From contig JAOZFN010000006.1 of NCBI GenBank assembly GCA_027492205.1, positions 71,369 through 135,368 on the forward strand: 64,000 nt of DNA, read 5' to 3'. This stretch comes from Thermoproteota archaeon. Lineage in GTDB: Archaea; Korarchaeota; Korarchaeia; Korarchaeales; Korarchaeaceae. Position numbers and translations under genes: made by a program. Below are positions 43,469 to 51,575 of this stretch, one piece after another. The notes beneath the pieces were generated by a model. It had not been told where the DNA came from. It did not search any database and worked only from the letters and a program-made list of their open reading frames with translations. Position 1 is the stretch's first letter. Each line of letters begins with the position of its first letter.

Positions 43469-44680
43469 TTACCCTTCTCCCCCCTTGAGTAGGCGCCTTA
43501 TCCTACCCTTCGATGCGTATGCGGCGGCGCTTCCGAGGATGGCGGCCAATATCAGCAGGACCGGCCAGACCTCCCCCCTGGAGAGGAGGTTGCCGATGTA
43601 CCCGAACAGGGCGGCCCTCGGTATGAGGGCCACAAGGTTCGCGGCGAAGAAGTGGAGCGGGTTCATCCCGGTGAGCCCGGCCGCGTAGGAAATGAGGTCA
43701 ATCGGGCTGAAGGGGATGAGCCTCGCGATCACCACGGCCAGCGGACCCCACCTCCTGAACCACCGGTCCACTGAGTCCAGGACCTCGCCCCTGAAGGCCC
43801 TCTCCACGAAGGGCCTGCCCGCCAGCCTCGCGATGTAGAAGTTGGCCATCGCCCCGAGGGCGGACCCTACTCCGCCCACCACCCCGACCGTCCAGGCGTC
43901 CATGCCGAGGGCGCCGGCGGCCACGAGGATGGCGTCTGCCGGAATGGGAGAGATCACCGACTGCACGATCATGGCCAGGATGAGCCCCGTCGGGCCCCAC
44001 CTCCTCACCCACGACGCCACCCTCTGCGTGAGTTGGTCGTGGTACAGGCGCCTCTCGAGGAGGACCCTGACGCTCCCCGCGTTGGCCACTACGGTCGGAA
44101 TGGATATCGCTAACGACAGGGTGGTGGGCTTGACTCCCTCCAGGGCCCTCGAGGCGACCACGATCCCAACGGCCGAAACGGCGAGGGGGATCAGGGACTC
44201 CCACCCGACCCCGGACGCCAGCGCGACAGGAACCCCGGCGGCGGAGGAGACGACGAGCGCCTCCCTCAGCCGAACTCCCATCGCGGTCAGGGCGGCGACG
44301 CTGAGGCCGGAGCCGCCGAACCCCATCATGCTGAGCCCCTGGACGATGCCGGCCACCGCACCCTCTGCCATCCCTATTCCCCTGAACTCCGAGGTCTGGA
44401 GGAGGCCCAACCTCGTCATGAGGGCGCCGGCGGCAGCCATCACGCTAATGCCTAGTACGGCCACTCCCCCGAGTATCCAGTCGACCCTGAAGCCCAGCTT
44501 AATCCAGATGAGGGTAATGGTCACCGAGGTGGCGAGGGCCGAGGCCTCAGCGGGCATGAGATCTCTCGAGACGATGATCCTAGGGTCCGCCAGCAGCCCC
44601 GCGATGGCCTGAGATCTCTGCGACAGCTGAGCGGCCAGCGGCAGCCACTCCAGCGCCGCGTCCACTACGAGCCTCCACAT
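43469..44680 (-). CDS. Fusion of degenerate UppP/BacA-like membrane domain and DedA/VTT (TVP38) domain
   Basis: N-half: 'LEWLPL' and 'GIVQGLSMMGFGGSG.S...G.....A...S'. C-half: 'SPIPA', 'GAMANFYIAR', 'ARLIPFSP.D.ISYAAG'. Confidence 0.72.
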   Translation of the reverse strand: MWRLVVDAALEWLPLAAQLSQRSQAIAGLLADPRIIVSRDLMPAEASALATSVTITLIWIKLGFRVDWILGGVAVLGISVMAAAGALMTRLGLLQTSEFRGIGMAEGAVAGIVQGLSMMGFGGSGLSVAALTAMGVRLREALVVSSAAGVPVALASGVGWESLIPLAVSAVGIVVASRALEGVKPTTLSLAISIPTVVANAGSVRVLLERRLYHDQLTQRVASWVRRWGPTGLILAMIVQSVISPIPADAILVAAGALGMDAWTVGVVGGVGSALGAMANFYIARLAGRPFVERAFRGEVLDSVDRWFRRWGPLAVVIARLIPFSPIDLISYAAGLTGMNPLHFFAANLVALIPRAALFGYIGNLLSRGEVWPVLLILAAILGSAAAYASKGRIRRLLKGGEG

Positions 44681-44742
44681 TTCTCGACCGCCCTCTGCCG
44701 TTAACCTACTTAAGATCATGCGCGCCGTCGCTCAGCGGGCAA

Positions 44743-45546
44743 ATGCCGCTGAAGTTCGGCGCCATGAACAACCCCGCGAGAGACGTGCTCGAAGAACTTC
44801 GGGCGCTCAGCGAGCTCAATCTCGACTACTTGGAACTCACGGTCGAGTGGCCTGGCGCGAGCCTCGAGAGGATCCGAGAGGTCGAGGGGGACATCCTGAG
44901 CCTCCTCTCCACGAGGGACATAGATGTGGTCGTGCACGCCCCCTGGTACCTAGAGATAGCGAGCCCCTACGAGGGGGTCAGAGAGGGGGCGATGAAGTAC
45001 GCGGAGGGACTACTCAACCTGGCCGCCGAGCTGAACGCGCCTTTCATGACGGTTCACCCCTACACCCCCGGCTGGCTCGCCAGGTACAGGGACGAGGCCA
45101 GGCGGCTCAACCTGGAGGCCATGAGGAGGCTGGTGGCCAGGGGAATGGAAGTCGGGGTCAGGGTCCACGTGGAAAACGTTGATCACGGCGCCTTCAGTTC
45201 TGTCTCAGACGTTCTCTACCTGCTAGGGGCCCTTCCGGAGATGGGATTTACCCTTGACTTGGGACACGCATTCTTGGGAGGGGTGGAGAAGGTCAGGTCT
45301 TACATCGAGAAGGCCAGAGGGAGGATACTCCATGTGCACGCCCACGACAACTACGGCAAGGGTGACGACCACATGCCCGTCGGTGCGGGAAGGGTCCCCT
45401 GGGAGAGGGTCTTGTCTCACCTCAGGAGCATAGGGTACGAGGGGACCGTTACCCTCGAGATCCACTGCAGCGACTTGGAGTACGTGGAGGTATCGAGGAG
45501 GAAGTTCATCGAGTACTGGGAGAGGGCCGGGGGGTCTGAAGGGTGA
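44743..45546 (+). CDS. Sugar phosphate isomerase/epimerase (AP endonuclease 2 TIM barrel)
   Basis: HAP, TVHP, VEN, DLGH, HAHDN.G..DDH, TLE. Confidence 0.85.
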   Translation: MPLKFGAMNNPARDVLEELRALSELNLDYLELTVEWPGASLERIREVEGDILSLLSTRDIDVVVHAPWYLEIASPYEGVREGAMKYAEGLLNLAAELNAPFMTVHPYTPGWLARYRDEARRLNLEAMRRLVARGMEVGVRVHVENVDHGAFSSVSDVLYLLGALPEMGFTLDLGHAFLGGVEKVRSYIEKARGRILHVHAHDNYGKGDDHMPVGAGRVPWERVLSHLRSIGYEGTVTLEIHCSDLEYVEVSRRKFIEYWERAGGSEG

Positions 45547-46385
45547 GGCTGGAGAGGGTGGCCTTCGTCGCCTCCAAGGTGGATCCTGCCGCAAACCTCA
45601 TGGCCGAGGAGCTCCTGAGCGAGACTGGTTCTGAGGAGTTCAGCGTGGGTTCCGTGAGGGCGTGGCTGTCCCGCCCGGAGGGTGAGGTTCTATACGCAAG
45701 GAGCGAGAGCGATCTGGGGGCCGACGGGGCCGATCTGATAGTCATACTGTCCAGGCACAGCGGGGTCCCCGGAAGCCCGGTCATCACGACGCACGTGTCC
45801 GGGAACTTCGGCCAGGCTCCCTACGGCGGGGAGCCGGAGGCCCTGTCGACGGCGTGCCCGCCCTTCATGAAGGCGTTCCTCCGCAGAGTCAACGACTCGG
45901 CCCTGGAGATCGGGTTTGAACCCGCGCAGGAGCCGACCCATCACGGCCCGACGCTCGAGACCCCTCTCGCGTTTGTCGAAGTGGGATCCAAGCCCGAGCA
46001 CTGGGAGATAAGGGAGGCGGCCAAGCTCGTCGTTCAGTCATCCCTGCAGGCTCTAACGGACTTGAGGAATTCTGAGGAGGCCGGCCCCACGTTCGGTTAC
46101 AAGCTGGCGGTCGGGTTCGGCGGCCCCCACATCAACCACTACTTCACGGAGATTCAGATCAAGTCCCCGGAGCTGGCCATCGGACACATCCTCAGGAGGC
46201 ACGACGCCTCCGCGGCGAGCGAAGAGGCGATCGCTCAAGCCTTCCGAAGGAGCTGCGGGCCCACCAACACGGCCATAGTCGACTGGAAGGGCCTCAGGGG
46301 AGAGGAGAGGGCGAGGATACTCGCCATTCTAGAGGACTTGGGCGTCAGGGTGCTGAGGGCGAGGAAGGTTGCCCACTCGCTTTGA
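45543..46385 (+). CDS. dtdA: D-aminoacyl-tRNA deacylase (archaeal DTD2)
   Basis: S..DPA, LSRH, TTHVSGN, EPTHHGPT, FVEVGS, GFGGPH, IVDWK. Confidence 0.88.
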   Translation: MRLERVAFVASKVDPAANLMAEELLSETGSEEFSVGSVRAWLSRPEGEVLYARSESDLGADGADLIVILSRHSGVPGSPVITTHVSGNFGQAPYGGEPEALSTACPPFMKAFLRRVNDSALEIGFEPAQEPTHHGPTLETPLAFVEVGSKPEHWEIREAAKLVVQSSLQALTDLRNSEEAGPTFGYKLAVGFGGPHINHYFTEIQIKSPELAIGHILRRHDASAASEEAIAQAFRRSCGPTNTAIVDWKGLRGEERARILAILEDLGVRVLRARKVAHSL

Positions 46386-46782
46386 GGGGGGGCCGAAGAC
46401 CGGAGGTCGCCCGGTCGGCCGGCGAGCGAGGCCCAGATACAAGACGCTCTTTATGTTCGACAGGACCGTTCCGAGGGATCTCTACTATTCCATTCAGAGG
46501 AGGCTCAACTACCTGGGCTACGGCGCGGTTTGGGCGCCCAGATCCGCCGTCAGGGGGAGGAGGAGACCTGAGGATCTAGTGGACTACTGCTTGGCGAGGG
46601 GCATACTGGTCCTCGCGACATTCGACAGGAGGGCTAGCCTGCCAGAGAGGGCGCGTGGGAAGGTGGTGCTCCTGCGGCTGAAGGGCGGGAAGTCTCGGAC
46701 CGTGAACAAGATAGTGGCGGACATCTTTTCGGCCGTCCGGTGGCTCACAAGAACTTCCCCAAGCGAGAGGATAGACTGCTGA
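46369..46782 (+). CDS. Putative PIN-like (DUF5615/Mut7-C-type) protein; start uncertain
   Basis: 'LFMFD..V....L..LGY', 'EDLV..C', 'LATFD' pattern. Confidence 0.5.
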   Translation: MPTRFEGGPKTGGRPVGRRARPRYKTLFMFDRTVPRDLYYSIQRRLNYLGYGAVWAPRSAVRGRRRPEDLVDYCLARGILVLATFDRRASLPERARGKVVLLRLKGGKSRTVNKIVADIFSAVRWLTRTSPSERIDC

Positions 46783-46855
46783 GTGAGCGGCGCCCAGTGC
46801 ACCGAACTTATATATTGTGCCCTCGGGGGGTCCGAGGAGGAGGGAAGGAGGGCCG

Positions 46856-47176
46856 GTGTTCGGCTCTAGGTCGTCTGCGGAAGAGGACTCGCAGGTAGAG
46901 GAGAAGGAGGTACGCATAGTTAGACTGGTTCTGGACATCGTGAAGCCGCACAATCCCACCATAATCGAACTGGCAGAGGCCCTCAATGAACTTCCTGGGG
47001 TCTCGAGGGTTGAGATAGATGTTCAGGACTACGACACCAACATAGAGAGGCTCAAGGTCATCTTGGACGGGGAGGACCTCGACTACGAGGAGATAAGCCG
47101 AGTGGTCAAGTACTACGGCGGGAACATAGCCAGCCTTGACGGCGTCACCTCGGTCTCTGAGGATGAGTCGGATTAG
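46856..47176 (+). CDS. DUF211-family protein
   Basis: RLVLDIVKPH.P.I, D..T, GG.I.SLD.V. Confidence 0.8.
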   Translation: MFGSRSSAEEDSQVEEKEVRIVRLVLDIVKPHNPTIIELAEALNELPGVSRVEIDVQDYDTNIERLKVILDGEDLDYEEISRVVKYYGGNIASLDGVTSVSEDESD

Positions 47177-47233
47177 CCTCGGCCCTGGCGGGCGCGCCTC
47201 CTTATTAACCCGGACAGGCGGCGCCGCGTCGGA

Positions 47234-48622
47234 ATGGGCGGCCTCCGGAGGGTGTACATAGAGACCCACGGTTGCACCGCGAACAGGGCGGACTCCGACA
47301 TCATGGCGGCGCTGCTCGAGCGCGCCGGATTTCAGCTGGTGGAGTCCCCCCAGGCGGCAGACGTGATAATCCTCAACACCTGCAACGTGAAGAAGCCCAC
47401 CGAGGACAGGATGGCGCACCGGATCTCCCGGCTGGCGAGCACTGGTCGGCCGGTGGTAGCCGCCGGCTGCATGGCCCTCACCCAGCCGGGGAGGCTCAGA
47501 CCCCACGCGAAGGTCCTCCTCGGGCCCAAGTCCGTGCACAGGGTGGTAGACGCCGTTGAGATTGCCCTGCGCTGGGAGAGGGCCGAGTTCCTCGAGAGAG
47601 ATCCGCTCGACAAGGCGGGCTTGCCGAGGACTCGTGGTAGGGTTATCTCGGCTCCCCTGCCCATAGCGGAGGGCTGCCTGGGAGCCTGCACCTTCTGCAT
47701 CACCAGACTCGCCCGAGGAAGGCTGAAGAGCTTCCTTCCGGACGCGATCGTCGAGAGGGCCAGGGAACTACTCTCCGGAGGTGCGGTGGAGCTTCTGATA
47801 ACGGCTCAAGATACGGCTGCCTACGGCTGGGACACCGGCTGGACCTTGCCGGGGCTGCTCGAGAGGATCTTGAAGATCCCCGGCGAATACAGGTTGCGGG
47901 TGGGGATGGCCAACCCGAACACGCTCGCGAGGGTGATCGACGACCTCCTCGTCACCATGAGGGACCCGCGGGTGTATCGGTTCCTGCACGTTCCCGTGCA
48001 GAGCGGGAGCGATGACGTGCTGAGGAGGATGGCCAGGGGTTACAGAGCCGAGCTGTTCGAGAGGCTGGTTTCGAAGTTCCGGGCCGCCTTTCGCGACACC
48101 ACCCTGGCCACCGACGTAATCGTGGGCTTCCCCGGGGAGACCGAGGACGACTTCGAGATGACCGTTGGGCTGCTGGAGAGGACGAGGCCGGATGTCGTGA
48201 ACATAAGCAGATACGGACCCAGGCCTGGCACTCCGGCCTCGAGGTGGAAGTCCCCCGATCCTGCGACCGTCAAGCGGAGAAGCAGACTGATTTCCGAGCT
48301 CGTCAAAGAGATCAGCCGTAGGGGGAACGAGGCCTACGTTGGCGATGAACTCACGGTTCTCGCCCTGGAGCGTGGCCCCAAGGGGTACCAGGGCAGGACG
48401 GACTTCTACAGACCCGTTGCCCTGGTGGGGTCCGACGTGGAGCTCGGCAGCTTCTACGACGTGGTCATCGAGGAGGCCAGGCCCACCTACCTGGTGGGCA
48501 GGGTACTGGCCAAGAGGGAGGTGAAGCCGCTGGAGGTCACGTCAACAGTCACTCGGTCGGGAAGTAGTCGTAGATTGGCCACTGGGCGGGACGGAATCCC
48601 TCGGCGGCGCGCGGCTCCGTGA
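47234..48622 (+). CDS. tRNA t6A methylthiotransferase (archaeal MtaB/CDKAL1-like)
   Basis: ETHGC..N, NTC.VK, AGC, GCLGACTFC, QDT.AYG, PVQSG, IVGFPGET, TRAM domain. Confidence 0.9.
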   Translation: MGGLRRVYIETHGCTANRADSDIMAALLERAGFQLVESPQAADVIILNTCNVKKPTEDRMAHRISRLASTGRPVVAAGCMALTQPGRLRPHAKVLLGPKSVHRVVDAVEIALRWERAEFLERDPLDKAGLPRTRGRVISAPLPIAEGCLGACTFCITRLARGRLKSFLPDAIVERARELLSGGAVELLITAQDTAAYGWDTGWTLPGLLERILKIPGEYRLRVGMANPNTLARVIDDLLVTMRDPRVYRFLHVPVQSGSDDVLRRMARGYRAELFERLVSKFRAAFRDTTLATDVIVGFPGETEDDFEMTVGLLERTRPDVVNISRYGPRPGTPASRWKSPDPATVKRRSRLISELVKEISRRGNEAYVGDELTVLALERGPKGYQGRTDFYRPVALVGSDVELGSFYDVVIEEARPTYLVGRVLAKREVKPLEVTSTVTRSGSSRRLATGRDGIPRRRAAP

Positions 48623-49643
48623 GCACCAATACGTAGAGGTTGCTGGAGTAGCCCGCCACGGAGTCCGCCAGGTTCGGTCTGCCCATCGCCTTGGCGACCT
48701 CTTCCGCGAGCCAGTAGATTGGGCTGTCCCTCGCGACTAGATAGTGGTTGAGCCCAACGGCGACCCTCTCGACCGCAAAGCCCATCTCCCCGAAGCTCCT
48801 GAATACCCGGCTGATGTGGGACCCGAGTTCGTCGGGCAGGATGCAGACGTATCCCCTGCGCCCCCTCTCTTTTACCAGCGCCTCCCAACCCCTCAGCGTG
48901 AATGTCTGGACCCCGGGGAGGGTGTACGTCGGATCTGCCACGAAGACGTCGTGTCTGTCTCGCAGATCCTCCGGGAGTGGCTTTGTCAGGTCGTGCTTCA
49001 CCACCCTGATGCTGAGCCCCTCTCGCCTCGCTATGTCCTCTATCCTCCGAATGACCCGCTCGTCGAGTTCGAACACGGTTACGCTGACGTCGAAGCTGGC
49101 AGCGAGCACCACGCTCTGGAAGTCGTCATCCCCCATCACCGCGACGCTCTTGCCGTCAAGGGGGACGTCAGACGCGATCTCCGCAATCCTCTCGAGGAGG
49201 CTCTCCTTCGACACTTGGAGCTGGTCGAACTCGTAGTTCACATCTATCTGGGGCACCAGTCCTAGGACGCCGGGGTCCGGAGAGGTCTTGCCGAATGGGT
49301 TGACCCTGAACTCGACCTCCCCGTTTGAACCGATTTCAACGAGGCCGACCTCTTCGAGCGACCTGGCCAGGTTGAGCGCCCTCTCCGGTATGAGAGGGAC
49401 CTCCTTAATGAGCCCTCTTAGGCTTCCAATCTGGTGGAGCCTGTACGCTAGAACCTCGTACTGAAAGAAGGACAGCCTGTGAACCAACTCCCACGAGAGT
49501 CGTCCCTCTTCCGGCGACTTCCTCCCGTACACCGTGCCCGCCGCCTTGACGGTGGACTCCATGTCGTAGCGGGAGAAGAGTTCGAAGGCCCTCCTCAGGG
49601 CCTCCCTGGGGGATCCCCCCCGGGGAGAGGCGGGATCACTCAT
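48549..49643 (-). CDS. bpsA: Branched-chain polyamine synthase-like (BpsA/DUF43) aminopropyltransferase
   Basis: EFDQ, GKSVAVMGDDD..S, ELDER, HDL, DVFVADP.YT motifs. Confidence 0.78.
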   Translation of the reverse strand: MSDPASPRGGSPREALRRAFELFSRYDMESTVKAAGTVYGRKSPEEGRLSWELVHRLSFFQYEVLAYRLHQIGSLRGLIKEVPLIPERALNLARSLEEVGLVEIGSNGEVEFRVNPFGKTSPDPGVLGLVPQIDVNYEFDQLQVSKESLLERIAEIASDVPLDGKSVAVMGDDDFQSVVLAASFDVSVTVFELDERVIRRIEDIARREGLSIRVVKHDLTKPLPEDLRDRHDVFVADPTYTLPGVQTFTLRGWEALVKERGRRGYVCILPDELGSHISRVFRSFGEMGFAVERVAVGLNHYLVARDSPIYWLAEEVAKAMGRPNLADSVAGYSSNLYVLVLTEPRAAEGFRPAQWPIYDYFPTE

Positions 49644-50001
49644 TCTTCCTTACCCTTCCCGCGCTTATCTCGACTATGCTATCGGTCTCCGGCTTCAGCC
49701 TCTCCCTCAAGAACTCCAGGGCCCTCTTCGCCCAGTCAGACTCTCCCGGGGCGAAGTCGACTATGTTCACGGTCGCGTAATCGTGTTCTGGCCACGTGTG
49801 AAGGGCAACATATCCCCTCTCGGTGAGCAAGAGCGAACTGACGCCGTACGGCTCGAACTCATGTATGTGAAGGGCCTTCACTTCTGACCCCACCACCTCC
49901 GCGAGCTCCCTCAGCATGGCCTCCATCTTCCTAGGGGAGTCGAGTATCTCAGACTCCCCGACGTTGTAGAACTCGACAACCACGTGGTTCTCCAGGGACA
50001 T
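49636..50001 (-). CDS. AdoMetDC (SpeD/SpeH)-like protein lacking the pyruvoyl-forming serine
   Basis: HVVVEF, HEFEPYGVS, HTWPEH.YA.V retained. ESH replaced by ERG, C-terminal catalytic Cys absent. Confidence 0.82.
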   Translation of the reverse strand: MSLENHVVVEFYNVGESEILDSPRKMEAMLRELAEVVGSEVKALHIHEFEPYGVSSLLLTERGYVALHTWPEHDYATVNIVDFAPGESDWAKRALEFLRERLKPETDSIVEISAGRVRKNE

Positions 50002-50048
50002 CTCGCCTGATGAGGTGATCCGACCTAAAAAAGGCCGCTGGGCGGGGC

Positions 50049-50732
50049 TCAAAGCCCCTCTGAAGATCCAGGAGTGAGCTCCACCACCTCAGCATCCACC
50101 TTCCGGGCCCTGATCTCGTCCCTGAGCTTGTCGGGAGAGCCCCACAGGACGGGGAATGTCCCGTAGTGGATGGGCAGGACCTTCGGACTGCCCAGGAGTT
50201 CGAGGGCTTTCGCCGCCTCTCTGGGCCCCATGGTAAAGTGCCCGCCGATGGGAAGGATGGCGAGCTCAGGGGAGTAGAGTTCACCTATCAGGCTCATCCC
50301 CGGGAATATGCCGGTGTCTCCAGCGTGATAGACCGTGAACCCGTCGGGGAACTTCACGACGGCGCCGGTCGGCGCCCCCAAGGGGGAGCTGTGGAGCGCC
50401 TCGGTCAGGATGACCTCGACGTCCCCGACCTTGAAGGGCCCCCCGATGTTCGCCCCCACGGCGTCTGCCCCCTTCTCAGAGGCGTGGTTCGCCAGCTCAA
50501 ATATCCCCACGACCTTCCCTCCCCTCGTCTTCGAGAGCCTTATGGCGTCCTCGAGTCCGTGGTCGCCGTGCCCGTGGGTCACGACGTAGGCCAAGACGCC
50601 GTCGGGCTCCCCCATGCCCTTGGGGTAGGCCGGGTTCCCCTGTATCCAGGGGTCAAAGAGAACCCTAACGCCCCCGGACTCGATAAGCACGTTTGCGTGT
50701 CCCAGAAAGGTCACCCTCCCCATGGTCTCCAC
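50049..50732 (-). CDS. Metal-dependent hydrolase, MBL fold (UPF0173-like)
   Basis: LGHA, DPW, THGHGDH, HSS, YHAGDT, PIGGHFTM, PIHY. Confidence 0.88.
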   Translation of the reverse strand: METMGRVTFLGHANVLIESGGVRVLFDPWIQGNPAYPKGMGEPDGVLAYVVTHGHGDHGLEDAIRLSKTRGGKVVGIFELANHASEKGADAVGANIGGPFKVGDVEVILTEALHSSPLGAPTGAVVKFPDGFTVYHAGDTGIFPGMSLIGELYSPELAILPIGGHFTMGPREAAKALELLGSPKVLPIHYGTFPVLWGSPDKLRDEIRARKVDAEVVELTPGSSEGL

Positions 50733-50759
50733 CTTGGAGTGTGGGACGGGCCTCAGATT

Positions 50760-51398
50760 TTAATCAAAATTAGACTCAGGCGCCCGGCGCTCTAACAGGG
50801 AGATGAGCGCGGAGAGGATGCCGATCCGCACCTCCGGGTCTCTCTCCTTACTCAGCGCGGCCCCCAGCTCGGAGGTGATCACCTCCCCGACCTCGGGCCT
50901 CGACTCCGCTATGCCTAGGAGGCTCCAGAGCGCCGAGAGGCGAACCTTCTTGACCTCCCACTCGGCCCTCAGCACCTTCAGAACCCCTTCAAGCGCTCTC
51001 CTGTTTCCAAGCTCCGCGAGCGCCCCCAAGACCTTGACCGCCGCCACGCGGAGGTCCGGTTCCACCCGCTCGAGCCACTTCTCGGCCGAGTCCATGGCGA
51101 GCCCCTCGAACTCTGGCGCGAGGTCCACGAGCAAGACCGTGAGGGCCGCCCTCAACCCGGGATCCAGCTCTTCGAACAGGCTGTCCGTCAGCCTGGAGAG
51201 GTCCTCCCATCCAGATGCGTGTGCTTCACAGATTCGGGTGAAGATCTCCCCTCGCTTCGTCTTCACAGTCGGACGTCTGCCCCTGGCAAGGGCGGCGGCG
51301 ATGGCCTCGAGTTCCTCGGCCTCGCCGACCCCTCCGGAGTTCAGAGCGGCTGCCTCCGCTGCGAGCCGGAGCGCAATAGCCCGACGACGACCTTTCAA
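50760..51398 (-). CDS. HEAT/ARM-repeat protein
   Basis: Repeated 'D..LR.AA...L', 'VRLSALWSL', 'DPEVRIGILSAL'. GGAGGTG RBS before the TTG start. Confidence 0.55.
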   Translation of the reverse strand: MKGRRRAIALRLAAEAAALNSGGVGEAEELEAIAAALARGRRPTVKTKRGEIFTRICEAHASGWEDLSRLTDSLFEELDPGLRAALTVLLVDLAPEFEGLAMDSAEKWLERVEPDLRVAAVKVLGALAELGNRRALEGVLKVLRAEWEVKKVRLSALWSLLGIAESRPEVGEVITSELGAALSKERDPEVRIGILSALISLLERRAPESNFD

Positions 51399-51575
51399 TC
51401 TCGCACCTCCGGAAAACTCTTAACGGTGATGATGGGAAAATACGATCTCCCTGTCGTCAACTTCGTGCTGCAGAGTGTCAAAAGGCCCGACAGACTTTAA
51501 TTACTTATCGAGGGGGGATAGTGGAAATCTGCCCGCCAGTCCGCTCGAGGGGCGGGCGGAGGGAGTTGGTGAAAT

